From the IMG/VR virus record IMGVR_UViG_3300022555_000009: 64,000 nt of DNA; one strand, written 5' to 3'. Positions 63,138 through 64,000 of this stretch are shown in pieces. Within the stretch, counting starts at the first letter, position 1. Every line of letters starts with the position of its first letter. The notes under the pieces were generated by a model. The model searched no databases. It had not been told where the DNA came from and was given only the letters and a program-made list of their open reading frames with translations. This DNA comes from a virus. The position numbers and the translations under genes were made by a program.

Positions 63138-64000
63138 TTATAGTACACGGATGTTGTTGATTTGGATGATCCCGAAGTATTTTGGATTAAGGACCTGGTA
63201 GTCACCGAAGGACGCCAAGCCTGCTTCCTTGTAGAAGTTCTTTCTCTGGAGTGAACCAGTGCTGAAGAATGGTACGAGTACTCCGAAGGCCACGCTAACG
63301 TCTGCCTCGTTATTCTCGTTCTTCCATACGCAAAGAAGCTGATTATCCGGGATAATCTGAGAAGGAACCTTGAACACTGGAATGTTGTAGAGCTCTCCGA
63401 CCTGGTATCCACCGATTCTTGGCTGTGCACCCTTGGTTGTGAAACCAGCGTTGAGTCGTAGATAGGTAACAGCAGCAGGACCACCAACGATCCTCGATAC
63501 GCCGCCTCGCATAATGTCGTTAAACATTACGTCACCAACACGCTCGATAGCCTGAGAAGCAGTCTGCGCGGTATGGATATAGGAGTCCTGAGTACCGGCG
63601 CCACCTTCAGCGTCAAACTGAAGAATTGGGTAGCCGTTCGTTCGTGCAGCAGCCCAAGCAATTCTTACAGCGCGGAAGTCCAGAGCCTTCTTGATTTCCT
63701 GTCCAGCTGCGTCCATGAGAACTTCCTCAGTGGAAACACCAACAGTAGAATCAAGATACAACTCAGACATGGTCGTCCAGCTAACGCCCAAGGTCATAGG
63801 TCGAACCCTGAACTGATAATCAGTCATCACGAGGTCAACTTCACCGAGAGACGTACCAGAAGTATCCAATTCTGATGCATACCTACCGATAGCGAGTGTA
63901 ATTACACCAGCATCAGATCCAGACAGCGCATACACGCCGGCACCGGAATAAGAAATAGTAATATTTAGGCCGGCGCGAATAGACCAAGTACCAGACCTGT
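63138..64000 (-). CDS. Major capsid protein, T4 gp23-like (partial, 5' part outside the window)
   Basis: RPMTLGVSWTTMSELYL...EEVLMDAAGQEIKKALD resembles the gp23 core; frame open to the window edge. Confidence 0.8.
   Translation of the reverse strand, partial: RSGTWSIRAGLNITISYSGAGVYALSGSDAGVITLAIGRYASELDTSGTSLGEVDLVMTDYQFRVRPMTLGVSWTTMSELYLDSTVGVSTEEVLMDAAGQEIKKALDFRAVRIAWAAARTNGYPILQFDAEGGAGTQDSYIHTAQTASQAIERVGDVMFNDIMRGGVSRIVGGPAAVTYLRLNAGFTTKGAQPRIGGYQVGELYNIPVFKVPSQIIPDNQLLCVWKNENNEADVSVAFGVLVPFFSTGSLQRKNFYKEAGLASFGDYQVLNPKYFGIIQINNIRVL

Noticed and set aside
1-64000. CRISPR array, tRNA or rRNA genes
   Set aside because: No spaced direct repeats or cloverleaf seen by eye; the 16S match at 20046 stops after the anti-SD tail. 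A tRNAscan/Infernal run would be needed to exclude them fully
1-64000. Stop-codon reassignment and the many short antisense ORFs in the track
   Set aside because: Genes tile densely under the standard code, TAG and TGA end recognisable proteins, and the short ORFs lie opposite well-supported genes

Overview
This window is a 64-kb segment of a large tailed-phage genome with T4-like (gp23-type capsid, contractile-tail) virion genes, read in the standard genetic code. Bases 1-19 kb carry tail-fibre and structural genes, a GT2 glycosyltransferase and a membrane-protein trio. Bases 20-33 kb carry a replication/recombination block: SNF2 helicase, a C-terminal-only PolA, SbcC/Rad50, a putative SSB, intein-containing QueE, a Tad2-like protein, DnaC/DnaB, a J-domain protein, an SLT and a sigma factor. 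Bases 33-39 kb carry acidic putative head proteins, an amidase endolysin and an IS200/IS605 element with intact tnpB and a deleted tnpA. Bases 39-64 kb (minus strand) carry fibre, baseplate and tape-measure-like genes interrupted by a dnaX-recA(intein)-uvsY block, two free-standing homing endonuclease genes (one decayed) and the 3' part of the major capsid gene. The strongest leads are: (1) a recurring upstream motif ACTAAWT, probably the phage late promoter, that also sits back-to-back inside the IS and fronts an intact TnpB whose guide matches the empty phage allele; (2) a short candidate transcript carrying a perfect 16-nt complement of the 16S rRNA 3' end with no properly spaced ATG; (3) a split PolA; (4) two atypical inteins; (5) a candidate +1 frameshift before the tape-measure-like gene; (6) a putative protease-processed head polyprotein. 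All protein calls come from motif recognition by eye. No database searches were run.
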